Part shown: piece after piece, positions 18,758 to 27,988 of the stretch
How the letters are laid out: every line of letters starts with the position of its first letter
Numbering within the stretch: position 1 is the stretch's first letter
Assembly (NCBI GenBank): GCA_965283725.1
Contig: CBDIPT010000001.1
Span: 975,730-1,039,729, forward strand
Source: Limisphaerales bacterium
Lineage (GTDB): Bacteria > Verrucomicrobiota > Verrucomicrobiia > Limisphaerales > JAEYXS01
Direction of reading: 5' to 3'
Length of the DNA stretch: 64,000 nt
The notes under the pieces: model-generated
What the model was told of the DNA's origin: nothing
What the model saw: the letters and a program-made list of their open reading frames with translations, nothing else
The model's database searches: none
Position numbers and translations under genes: made by a program

Positions 18758-20938
18758 ATGTTGCCCGGAGTTAAACAGGCCCCGATCAAGATTGGTGATT
18801 TGCTGGTCTACATCACCTTGGTGGTCAAACATCTTCGTTTGATTTCACTGCTCATGTGCTTGTCACTGATGGTCGGTCTGGTGATTTACGTTTATTCAAA
18901 GCCGGTTTATTACACGCGCAGTTTGATCGAATTCAAACAGCTGCCGCTGCCTGTCACGGCTGAAACCGTTTACATGGACAGCGGGATTAAAGCGATTTAC
19001 GGCCAATTCAACTCCCCGCATCTGACAGAGCGTACGGCCAAGCGTTTCGGGATTGATATGCCGGATAAATTTTTCCGGAGGAAGTTTCTGAAGAAGATGC
19101 TGGTGAAGCAGAATTCTGAAGGAGATATCGAAGTGGAGGTATGGGCTTTTTCTCCGCAGATAGCTGAGAATTGGAGCAAAATGCTGCTGGAGGAGTATTT
19201 GGCTTATCGAAGCGAGGCCAGGCAACGCCGCCAAGAGATCGTCCTAAACGATTTCACCAAGGAAATGCAGCGAGTCAGCGATAAGATGGAAGAGTGGTTG
19301 ATGACTAATTTCGCTTATCAGGATACCAACCGATTGGCAGAGCTGACGGCTCAAATCAAAGAAATGCGCTCTGTCCCCTCTGATCTGGCTAAAATAAATC
19401 TTCAATTGGAAGATTTGTTGTCGCTGCAGAAAAAATTACAGAAGACCGACTACAGTGTGGTCGATAAGCTATCGCAATTGGCTTCGTATCAGGAAATGCT
19501 CAGATTGAGTTTAGGAGATAGTTTTTCCATTGTAAACAGCGGACAGGATCCTGTGCCTGGTGCGGGCGACAATAACAAAACTGCGCAGGAAGTGATTGTG
19601 CTTCCAAGTATGGTTGCCCAGCCGAATACAGTGCCATGGACGGAGAATGAGCGTGAATATCGCCGGTTGAAGCAGCAAGCGATTGATTACGCCAAAATTT
19701 ATCTTCCAGCGCATCCTAGGATGAAGGAAGTGACGCACAAACTTGAGCAGGTAGAAAAAGCGCTGAATTTGGAGTTAGAAGTACAACTTGCCAGATTGAA
19801 TACTCGTATCGAGGGTCTGAAAGCCCGGCAAGTTGAGACTAAGGCTAAGCTGCCTGATTATTTGGACGCCCAAAGACAGCAAGCCAAGTACAAGCTGGAG
19901 TTTGAGCATGTGGCTGCCGGTCAGTTGCCTTGGCGCAACTATTATGACCACATGGCCAAATCCATTTCTTTCTTGGACTTTGGTGGTGAAAAAGAACGTT
20001 ACCATTTGAATTATAACGGCCTGTTGGAAGCCCGTCTGGATGTTCCTGTTTCGCCTAACCGGCTGAATCTATTGGTCTTTGCGTTTATTTTCGGTCTCGG
20101 CCTAAGCCTTGGGGTGCCTTTCTTGATCGAGTATCTGGATCATACGATTGCGAATGTGGAGTCGGGGGAAGATGCTTTGAAGTTGCGCGCTCTTGGCGTA
20201 GTGCCTGAATTGGAATCGGGACGGCGCCAACTGCCGCAGGGTAATGGTGATGGTGGACCCAATGCCATGGAGGAGAATTTTCGCGTCATCCGGACAAATC
20301 TCCAGCTTAACATACCAGAAAATGAGGCCCAACAGGTCATCATGGTTGCCAGCGCTATGCCGCAAGAGGGGAAGAGCTGGGTTTCGCTTAATCTTGCCCG
20401 CTCATTCGCCCGGAAAGGTGAAAGGACCTTGCTGATCGATTGTGACGTCCGCCGTGGTACAATCCATAATCTTTTTAAAGTGGAATCAAGTCCCGGTGTG
20501 GTTGAAGTCTTGAGCGTTGGTATAAAACCGGAAGACGCCATCCGTCCTACAGATACGGAGAATCTTTCCGTTTTGCCGCGTGGCAAGTACCATTCTGGTG
20601 TAGCTGACTTCTTTGGCAACCAGAGCTTCGTGGACATGATGAAGCACCTGCGCGCGAATTATGATCGTATTGTCATTGATACGCCGCCGGTGCTGGGTTT
20701 GGCCGAAACTTCGGCCATGCTGAGTTTTGTTGACGGTGTCGTGTTTGTGATTTGGAGCGGACGCACCCCATACCGGACGGTGGAAACAGCGGTTAAGACT
20801 TTGCGGGCGAACAAGGCCAAGTTCTTGGGGTTTGTTCTGAACCGTTTGGATCTTTCAGCCACCTCCAACTACTACTACTACTACTATTACTCGCATAATT
20901 ACTACGACAATTACCAGACCAGTGGTCGGAGGTCGTAG
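18758..20938 (+). CDS. wzc: Polysaccharide co-polymerase / BY-tyrosine kinase (Wzc/GumC/EpsG-like)
   Basis: An N-terminal TM segment is followed by a Wzz-like coiled-coil periplasmic region and a second TM segment. The kinase domain has Walker A (ASAMPQEGKSWVSLNLA), Walker A' (LLIDCDVRRG) and Walker B (IVIDTPPV). The C-terminal Tyr cluster is SNYYYYYYYSHNYYDNYQ. Confidence 0.9.
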   Translation: MLPGVKQAPIKIGDLLVYITLVVKHLRLISLLMCLSLMVGLVIYVYSKPVYYTRSLIEFKQLPLPVTAETVYMDSGIKAIYGQFNSPHLTERTAKRFGIDMPDKFFRRKFLKKMLVKQNSEGDIEVEVWAFSPQIAENWSKMLLEEYLAYRSEARQRRQEIVLNDFTKEMQRVSDKMEEWLMTNFAYQDTNRLAELTAQIKEMRSVPSDLAKINLQLEDLLSLQKKLQKTDYSVVDKLSQLASYQEMLRLSLGDSFSIVNSGQDPVPGAGDNNKTAQEVIVLPSMVAQPNTVPWTENEREYRRLKQQAIDYAKIYLPAHPRMKEVTHKLEQVEKALNLELEVQLARLNTRIEGLKARQVETKAKLPDYLDAQRQQAKYKLEFEHVAAGQLPWRNYYDHMAKSISFLDFGGEKERYHLNYNGLLEARLDVPVSPNRLNLLVFAFIFGLGLSLGVPFLIEYLDHTIANVESGEDALKLRALGVVPELESGRRQLPQGNGDGGPNAMEENFRVIRTNLQLNIPENEAQQVIMVASAMPQEGKSWVSLNLARSFARKGERTLLIDCDVRRGTIHNLFKVESSPGVVEVLSVGIKPEDAIRPTDTENLSVLPRGKYHSGVADFFGNQSFVDMMKHLRANYDRIVIDTPPVLGLAETSAMLSFVDGVVFVIWSGRTPYRTVETAVKTLRANKAKFLGFVLNRLDLSATSNYYYYYYYSHNYYDNYQTSGRRS

Positions 20939-20968
20939 TCATTGAGCCGCGGTAATCATTGAGTTGCG

Positions 20969-21940
20969 ATGGCGACGACAAACGGTCTTACGCAGGTTGA
21001 GCCAGTTTTGCCCAACGGAACCAATGTGGGACTCGGGGTATCCGTTGTCATTCCTGCCTATAATTACGCGAAGTTCCTGCCTGATGCCATCGATTCGGCT
21101 TTGAATCAAAACTACGGTGATATTGAAATCATCGTAGTAGATGATGGTTCCACGGATGATACACCGGCAGTGTGTGCCCGTTACGGCGACCGGATCAGCT
21201 ATATTCGGAAGGTCAACGGCGGTTTGCCCGCGGCTCGCAATACGGGAATCCAAGCGGCGACCAAGCCATTTATCGGCTTCTTAGATGCCGATGACATTTG
21301 GGCACCGAAGTTTTTACAGCAAGTGATGGGGCAGTTTCACTCTACAGGGGATGAGTATGGCCTAGTTGCAGCCCAAGCGACGTATGTGGATGAGTTGGGA
21401 AAAGAGTTTGTCTTAAAAGAACTGACGTGGCAGGTGCATGGGCGGTTCTCACATCGGGATATCCTGGTTAAGACCCGTTTTTCGCCGTCAGGGGTGGTGG
21501 CACGCAAAAAAGCTTTGCTGGACGCGGGCTGTTTCGATGAGAGTTTGCGCAGTTCTGAGGATCGGGATATGTGGATCCGGATTGGTGCCAAATACCCAAT
21601 ATTCCTGCTGGCGGATAAACTGATTTTAGTTCGTCGTCACCGTCATAGCATGAGCCGCAATGCTGGCCGGATGCGGGAGAATATCTTTCGGGTGTTGCGT
21701 AAGTCTTTGGATGCCGGTTTGGTATCCGGCTCAGAGAGTTCGTTTTGGCGGCAGGCCAAGGCCTTCGCCTATTACCAAACGGCTTGGATGTATTATGAGC
21801 AAGGTGACCGGCGGGAAGCTCTCAGAGATTGGTTTTATTCGGTTCTTACCTGGCCGTGGTTTGCCAATCCGGAGAGGCTGAATGAGCCATCGCTTTTTCG
21901 TCTGCGCACCCTGCGCCGGTTTCTTTTCATCAAGCCTTAG
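20969..21940 (+). CDS. Glycosyltransferase family 2
   Basis: The blocks VSVVIPAYNYAKFLPDAIDSALNQNYGDIEIIVVDDGSTDDT, GGLPAARNTGI and FLDADD support GT2. Confidence 0.85.
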   Translation: MATTNGLTQVEPVLPNGTNVGLGVSVVIPAYNYAKFLPDAIDSALNQNYGDIEIIVVDDGSTDDTPAVCARYGDRISYIRKVNGGLPAARNTGIQAATKPFIGFLDADDIWAPKFLQQVMGQFHSTGDEYGLVAAQATYVDELGKEFVLKELTWQVHGRFSHRDILVKTRFSPSGVVARKKALLDAGCFDESLRSSEDRDMWIRIGAKYPIFLLADKLILVRRHRHSMSRNAGRMRENIFRVLRKSLDAGLVSGSESSFWRQAKAFAYYQTAWMYYEQGDRREALRDWFYSVLTWPWFANPERLNEPSLFRLRTLRRFLFIKP

Positions 21941-21957
21941 CCTATTCGTCTAATACT

Positions 21958-23086
21958 TTGAATGGATCACCGCCAATAAAAGTTGCCCATATCGTCCTTT
22001 CCTTGGAACCGGGCGGCATGGAAAACGGGGTGGTCAACCTCACCAACGGCCTGGACGGTGGGCAGTTTGATTTGCAGGTTTGTTGTTTGCTGCGGGAGGG
22101 CGCTTTCGCTGCCCGTTTAAAGGACAAAAAGGTGGCATGTTTGCATAAAGGAGCCGGATTTTCCTGGCAGACAGTGACCCTGTTGCGGGATTATTTTTTG
22201 CAGACACGTCCGGAGATCATCCATACGCACAATCTGGGAACGTTGATCTATACGGCTTTGGCGTTGCGCGGCAGCCGGCGCATTCCCATTTTGCATGGAG
22301 AGCACGCGGAGTTTTCCCGCTGACCTTGCGTGGCGTCGGGTTTTACAGCGCAAAGTGTTGTATAAACTGGTCGCCAAAATCGTCCCGGTTTCCCGAAGCT
22401 TGGGCAAACATCTCGTGGAGCATGGAGCACCGGAAGATAAGGTGTCACCGATCGATAACGGAGTGGATGTGGACCGTTTTAGACCGCAAGACAAGGCTGC
22501 CAGCAAGCGGGCTTTGGGGCTTAAGGAAAACAGTTGGGTGATTGGCATGGTGGGGCGGTTTGGTGCTTATAAAAGGCATGATTTGCTGATCACGGCGTTT
22601 GAATCATTGGCGGAGAAGCACCCTGAAATAGAATTGCTGCTGGTCGGTGGTGGTGGTCCGCTGGAAGAGAAAAGCAAAGAGCAAAGCCAACGGTCGCCGT
22701 ACCGGGACAGAATTCATCTCGCTGGCTTTCAAGCAAATCCCTGCCCATATTACCAAGCGATGGATCAATTGGTGATTCCCTCCATCAATGAAGGAATGTC
22801 CAATGCAGCCTTGGAAGCGATGGCTGCCGGGTTGCCTGTGTTGTGCCATACTGCGTGCGGTCACGCTGATTTGATAACTGATGGGAAGAACGGCTTTGCC
22901 CGGGATCTGACTGATGCGTCTACGCTGGCGCTGGAACTGGCTGGCTTGCTGGCCGACAAACGGAAATTGCAGGCTTGCGGGCAGGCGGCACGGGAAATGG
23001 TGGTGAATGAGTTTTCCGTGCAAAAGATGCTAGATAATTACGGACAACTTTATCGCGCCACCGCGCGGAGAATTAGCGATCAATAG
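21958..23086 (+). pseudogene. Glycosyltransferase family 4 (resembles the PEP-CTERM/EpsH1-associated sugar transferase type), disrupted by +1 frameshift
   Basis: The N-terminal half (ORF 21958..22323, KVAHIVLSLEPGGMENGVVNL...ILHGEHAEF) and the C-terminal half (ORF 22295..23086, ...INEGMSNAALEAMAAGLPVLCH) are in different frames. Removing one base in the T4/C3 run at 22312-22318 restores HGEHAEFPADLAWRRVLQRK. Confidence 0.8.
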
Positions 23087-23088
23087 AA

Positions 23089-24522
23089 ATGGATTTTTTT
23101 GCCGTCATAGCATTCGTGGTGCTTTACCATGTCCGACCACAAGAGTGGATCGGCCCGGTTTCAACGGTGCGCCCGGCGATGATCGCGATGTTGATCGGGC
23201 TTTATGGCACGCTGACCCGGGATAAAGGCTTCAGCTTTTCCCATTTGTTCAAAACGCCGCATGACTGGTTGATGGCGTTTTATCTGGTCTGGATAGTGGG
23301 TTCATCCTCCTCACCGTATGAGACGTGGAAATCCTGTTACAGCCTGTTTCTGTATTACTTCATCATCATGCTGGCTCTGAGCAACATCGAGCGGATGAGA
23401 AAATTCATGTTCTGGTGGGCGATGATGCTTGTGTTGGTGTCCGGCCTGGCCATTGCCAGCGAATATGGATTTGACCCGATGTACAGTTATGATGTCACCC
23501 ACGGATCGATGAAAGGCCGTCTGGTTTTAAATACGTCAATTTTCAATAACCCTAACGCTTTAGGTCACAGCATCGTGCCGGGCATAGCCATGCTGTATTT
23601 TCTTTTTTGGTGGAACCGTTTCTTCGCGTTTAAGTTTATTTTTACTTTTGCCAGCAGCATCTGTGGCTATGCGGCTTTTTTAACGATTTCCAAAGGGGCT
23701 TATGTTGCGGCTTTTGCCACTTGGTTGATTTCCTACATGTTTCGCCGGCCATTGATTGTGAAAATATTGATAGTAGTGGTCGCCTTGACCGGCGGTATGG
23801 CGGCACTGAAGTCGATGCCACGCATGTCTGAGCTGGAAAGCCCGCGGGCTGAAGGTGGTATTCAGGGGCGTATTCTGGTTTTCACCTGGGGATTTCAGAC
23901 CATGGAGCGAAATTTTCGAGGGGTAGGCTGGGGGAAATTTGATATCGCATTTTCCCATGCTTATGGTTTTTTAAAATCACCCCATAGCTCATTCGTCGCT
24001 GTGGGAACCGAACTTGGTTATACCGGCCTGGTGTTGTTTGTGGCCATCCTCTATTGCGGGTTCAAGACCTTGATGCTGGCCAAGACGCGCGATGATGAGG
24101 AAGAAAGAGTCCGCCGCTTATTGTTCGTCTTGCTGGTTTCCTACTCTGTTTCTTCATGGATGGTGGGTTGGGCTTCGCGCGCCAGTTTCTTCATGATGCT
24201 GGCTGCCACGGCTGCCTTTCATCGCCATTTGTTGGGGATGAATGATTCCGTGCCGGAAGCTGCACCGGTCCTGGGTTCTCCCGCGGTAGCGGCGAAACCG
24301 GAGCCTTCGTTGTCGACACCTGTTTCTCCCGTGGTCAGCAGTTTCAATTCTGCTGTACCAGCTGTTCCACATACGGAGGGTGAGCCTCTTGGTGCAGTTG
24401 TGCCGGAAGCCCGGCCTCCGGGGTTGGCCTGGAACAGTTTTGGCATTTGGGATATCCTTTGGATTGGCGGGCTTACTTACGGGATCATCAGGATCTGGAG
24501 TTACGCCATCCATCAGTTGTAA
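23089..24522 (+). CDS. O-antigen ligase / polymerase-like (Wzy_C family) polytopic membrane protein
   Basis: A 477-aa protein with at least 10 hydrophobic segments. It has a large loop with SPRAEGGIQGRILVFTWG...HSSFVAVGTELGYTG, which is Wzy_C-like. The C-terminal tail is Pro/Ser/Val-rich and low-complexity. Confidence 0.75.
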   Translation: MDFFAVIAFVVLYHVRPQEWIGPVSTVRPAMIAMLIGLYGTLTRDKGFSFSHLFKTPHDWLMAFYLVWIVGSSSSPYETWKSCYSLFLYYFIIMLALSNIERMRKFMFWWAMMLVLVSGLAIASEYGFDPMYSYDVTHGSMKGRLVLNTSIFNNPNALGHSIVPGIAMLYFLFWWNRFFAFKFIFTFASSICGYAAFLTISKGAYVAAFATWLISYMFRRPLIVKILIVVVALTGGMAALKSMPRMSELESPRAEGGIQGRILVFTWGFQTMERNFRGVGWGKFDIAFSHAYGFLKSPHSSFVAVGTELGYTGLVLFVAILYCGFKTLMLAKTRDDEEERVRRLLFVLLVSYSVSSWMVGWASRASFFMMLAATAAFHRHLLGMNDSVPEAAPVLGSPAVAAKPEPSLSTPVSPVVSSFNSAVPAVPHTEGEPLGAVVPEARPPGLAWNSFGIWDILWIGGLTYGIIRIWSYAIHQL

Positions 24523-24544
24523 TGAGCTTTGGCCAAATGATTTG

Positions 24545-25708
24545 ATGATGCCTGAAGGACTCCTCATGAAAATCGGTTTCTGGGGAGCCTTGTGGCTGAT
24601 GGGCTTCACCTTTGGCGGTTATCACGTGCTGATGCTTTGGCTGGCGCGCCGCCAGAAGAATCTTACCCCCAATCCGCCATCGCAGAATCTACCGACGGTT
24701 TCCTTTGTGCTCGTAGTCGCCGACGAGTCCAATCGCATTGCCGCGCGGGTGCAAAACTTAATGGCCGCAGAGTATCCGGCGGAAAAAATGGAAGTCATCG
24801 TGGTCACCGATGGTTCCAGCGACGGAACTCCGGCCAAGGTGAAAGCCCTGATGGCTGCTGACTCGCGCATCCGTTGTCTGGAACTGGGGACGCGCATGGG
24901 CAAGGCGAACGGGCTTAACCAAGGTGTGGCTGCTGCCTCTGGAGAAATCATAGTATTCGCCGATGCCCGGCAGCGATTTGCTCCAGATACGGTCAAAAGA
25001 CTGGTGCAGGTGCTGGCCGATGAGCGGACCGGAGCGGTAAGCGGTCGATTGGTGGTTGATGGTGCGGCTTCCGCGGTGGGGCAGGGGGTCGGCAGTTATT
25101 GGAGCATGGAAGTGCGGTTGCGTACGGCTGAATCCCAGTTTGATTCCTGCATCGGTTGCACGGGAGCGGTGTATGCTGTGCGGAGAAAGCTATTTCAGCC
25201 CATCCCGGCAGATACCTGGCTGGATGATGTGGTGATCCCGATGCAAATCGCGCTGCAAGGCCAGCGTGTGCAGTATGATCCCGAAGCGCTCGCTTATGAT
25301 CCTCAGGATTTGGATCACGACCGGGAGAAGGTGCGCAAAAAGCGGACTTTGGGCGGTAATTTTCAAATGCTGTTCCGCTATCCCGGCTGGCTGTTGCCGT
25401 GGGTGAACCGGTTATGGTTTCAATTGATCGCCCATAAATATCTGCGACTGGCAGGCCCATTCTTGGTGCTCTTCATCTGGGGCAGCAATGCGATGCTGCG
25501 GCAGGAAGCTTTCTATGGGTTCTGCTTTTGGTTGCAGAACAGTTTTTATCTTTGTGCTTTGATAGGTTTGTTGCAGCCCAAGTTGAAGTTTAAATTGTTC
25601 GCTTTGCCAGCGGCGTTTGTGTTTCTGAACTGGATGGTGTTGCTGGGCTTGCGGCATTATCTTACCGCCCCGAAAACGGGTGCTTGGGAAACGGTCAAAC
25701 GCCACTGA
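24545..25708 (+). CDS. Membrane-embedded glycosyltransferase family 2 (synthase-like, PgaC/cellulose-synthase architecture)
   Basis: ORF 24380..25708. The ATG at 24545 follows the upstream stop at 24522. An N-terminal TM segment is followed by VSFVLVVADE...VIVVTDGSSDGT, FADARQ and WLDDVV blocks. KKRTLGGNFQ sits where QxxRW normally lies. Several C-terminal TM helices follow. Confidence 0.8.
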   Translation: MMPEGLLMKIGFWGALWLMGFTFGGYHVLMLWLARRQKNLTPNPPSQNLPTVSFVLVVADESNRIAARVQNLMAAEYPAEKMEVIVVTDGSSDGTPAKVKALMAADSRIRCLELGTRMGKANGLNQGVAAASGEIIVFADARQRFAPDTVKRLVQVLADERTGAVSGRLVVDGAASAVGQGVGSYWSMEVRLRTAESQFDSCIGCTGAVYAVRRKLFQPIPADTWLDDVVIPMQIALQGQRVQYDPEALAYDPQDLDHDREKVRKKRTLGGNFQMLFRYPGWLLPWVNRLWFQLIAHKYLRLAGPFLVLFIWGSNAMLRQEAFYGFCFWLQNSFYLCALIGLLQPKLKFKLFALPAAFVFLNWMVLLGLRHYLTAPKTGAWETVKRH

Positions 25709-25717
25709 CGGATACAC

Positions 25718-26824
25718 ATGTTTCGCGCCATGAATCTATGGCTGCCTGCATATCTGCGGCAGCAAAGCTGGACACCGCCGGAAGGCCAGGTGGTGGACCT
25801 GATCATCAGCGTTTGCGATCACTTCGAGCCCTATCACGACACCGACAAGGCCGGAGCCTTGGAGCGGATGAAGTTATGGCTTGAGGCGTATCCTAAGCTG
25901 AGCGGTGCTTTTCGAGATGCCGACGGCTGCAGTCCAAAACATTCATTCTTCTATCCCATCGAGCAATACGATGCGGATGTGTTCCGTGTGCTGGAGAAGA
26001 TTTGCAAACGCACACAAAGTGAAGTGGAAGTGCACTTCCATCATCATGATGACACGGAAGCAGGACTGCGGACTGCGCTGGCCCAAGGGAAAAAGGATTT
26101 TCAGCAGCATGGGATGCTTTCCCGGGATGCGGCGGGGAATGCGTATTACGGATTCATCCATGGCAACTGGGCTTTGGATAATTCACACCCGGAAGGGCGC
26201 AACTGTGGTGTGAACAATGAGCTCTCCGTCCTTGCAGATACGGGGTGCTTTGCGGACTTTACGATGCCTTCAGCACCGCATCCGACACAGACGCGCACGG
26301 TAAACCAGATCTACTACGCGCAAGACACGCCGGGGCCGAAATCTCACGAGTATGGCGTAAGAGCCAAGGTGGGCGCGACTGAAAAGAGGAACGCGAAGGA
26401 CCATTTGTTGCTGATCCAAGGGCCGTTAGGCTTGAACTGGGAACGGCGCAAGTTTGGTGTGTTGCCGCGGATTGAGAATGCCGATCTGACCGGGGCGAAT
26501 CCGCCGCGCATGGATCGCGCCCACCTGTGGACCCGCTGTGGGGTGCATGTTGAAGGCCGGCCTGAGTGGCTCTTTATCAAATTGCATACACATGGAGCCA
26601 TTCCGCGCAATTCCGGCATGCTTCTGGGGGAGCCGATGCGAGCCTTTCATGAACAGTTGCTGGCGAATTTTAACGATGGCAAACGCTATCGCGTCCATTA
26701 TGTGACGGCGCGTGAGATGGTGAACATTGTCCACGCGGCGGAGGACGGCAAGCAGGGCAATCCCGGCGCGTTTCGCGATCATCGCTATGCGCGGCCGGCG
26801 CTATTGCAAGGGGCGGTGGAATGA
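25718..26824 (+). CDS. Hypothetical protein with His-rich motifs (possible metal-dependent polysaccharide-modifying hydrolase/deacetylase)
   Basis: A 368-aa ORF whose stop overlaps the next gene's start (ATGA at 26821-26824). The motifs CDHFEP, EVHFHHHDD, HGNWALDNSHPEG and KLHTHGA suggest a metal site. I do not recognise the family, so the function is speculative. Confidence 0.5.
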   Translation: MFRAMNLWLPAYLRQQSWTPPEGQVVDLIISVCDHFEPYHDTDKAGALERMKLWLEAYPKLSGAFRDADGCSPKHSFFYPIEQYDADVFRVLEKICKRTQSEVEVHFHHHDDTEAGLRTALAQGKKDFQQHGMLSRDAAGNAYYGFIHGNWALDNSHPEGRNCGVNNELSVLADTGCFADFTMPSAPHPTQTRTVNQIYYAQDTPGPKSHEYGVRAKVGATEKRNAKDHLLLIQGPLGLNWERRKFGVLPRIENADLTGANPPRMDRAHLWTRCGVHVEGRPEWLFIKLHTHGAIPRNSGMLLGEPMRAFHEQLLANFNDGKRYRVHYVTAREMVNIVHAAEDGKQGNPGAFRDHRYARPALLQGAVE

Positions 26825-27975
26825 AGCTGCTCTTCATTTCGAATCTATTTCCGGATGCGAAGGAGTCTTATCGCGGACTCGATAACGTCACGCTGCTGCA
26901 TCATCTGAAGGAACACTGTGAGATCCGCGTGATCGCGGCGCGCCCGGCGATCTGGGGTTCCAGCAAATGGCGGCAACAGTATATGCCGCGCGCAGAGGAT
27001 GCCTGTTTTCAGCCGGTTTATGTGCCGGTTCCTTACATCCCGAAAATCGGTAGTGGAGTAAATCACCGGCTGTTCGCCATGGCGTTGCGCCCGCAGGTGG
27101 AGCGCTTGAAACGCGAGTTCGCTTTCGATGCCATCCTTTGCGCCTGGGCTTATCCGGATGCGTGTGGGGTCGGTATCTTGGCGCGAGAACAGCGGGTGCC
27201 CATGACCGTCATCACGCAGGGCAGTGATGTTCATGCATATCTGGATAACCCGGTGCGAAGGCGCTTGATTGTCGCTGCCTTGAGTGAAGCGAAGGGAGTG
27301 ATCAATCGCAGCCGTGATCTGGCGCGACGGTTGAAAGAGGCGGGGGTGCCCGAGGAAAAGCTCCACGTCGTTTACAATGGCGTGGATACGAAGACGTTTT
27401 GTCCGGCTGATAAACAGGCAGTGCGCCGGGAATTGGGACTGAAAGCTGACGAAAAGATCATCTTGTTCGTGGGCAATTTCCTCCCCGTAAAGAATCCCGA
27501 TTTATTACTCGAATCGTTTGGGCAACTGGTGAAGGAACGGGGCGAGAACGCCCGCTTGCTTATGATCGGTGGCGGTCCGTTGAAGGATTCCATTGTCGCG
27601 CATGCGGACCGGCTGAATATCGCGGATCGTTTACAGTTATTGGGGCGGCAGGGGGCGGCGGAAGTGGCGCGGTATATGCAGGCGGCGGACACGCTGGTGT
27701 TATCGAGTCACAACGAGGGTGTGCCTAATGTGATCCTTGAGGCTTTGGCTGCCGGTTTGCCGGTGGTGGCGACGAACGTCGGCGGCATTCACGAAGTAGT
27801 GAATGCTGAGTATCTTGGACGGTTGACGAAGCCGGGTGATCGGCGGGAATTGGCTTCCGCTTTGGGCAGTGTGCTTGAGCGGAAAAATGATGCGGCTCAG
27901 ATCGCGGAGTATGGACGGAGCTTTAACTGGCCCAAAGCCGCGGCTGGATATTACGCAGTGATCACGCTTCGTTGA
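26821..27975 (+). CDS. Glycosyltransferase family 4 (GT-B)
   Basis: The N-terminus MKLLFISNLFP and the block LSSHNEGVPNVILEALAAGLPVVATNVGGIHEVV support GT4. Confidence 0.85.
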   Translation: MKLLFISNLFPDAKESYRGLDNVTLLHHLKEHCEIRVIAARPAIWGSSKWRQQYMPRAEDACFQPVYVPVPYIPKIGSGVNHRLFAMALRPQVERLKREFAFDAILCAWAYPDACGVGILAREQRVPMTVITQGSDVHAYLDNPVRRRLIVAALSEAKGVINRSRDLARRLKEAGVPEEKLHVVYNGVDTKTFCPADKQAVRRELGLKADEKIILFVGNFLPVKNPDLLLESFGQLVKERGENARLLMIGGGPLKDSIVAHADRLNIADRLQLLGRQGAAEVARYMQAADTLVLSSHNEGVPNVILEALAAGLPVVATNVGGIHEVVNAEYLGRLTKPGDRRELASALGSVLERKNDAAQIAEYGRSFNWPKAAAGYYAVITLR

Positions 27976-27988
27976 TGAGTTCCGCCGG

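Noticed and set aside
17419-27975. Calling the plus-strand operon an exosortase/PEP-CTERM EPS locus.
   Set aside because: The GT4 and the Wzy_C-like protein resemble members of such loci. However, no exosortase (EpsH/Xrt), EpsI, PEP-CTERM protein, FemAB-like protein or asparagine synthase gene is present in the window. The label would be unsupported.
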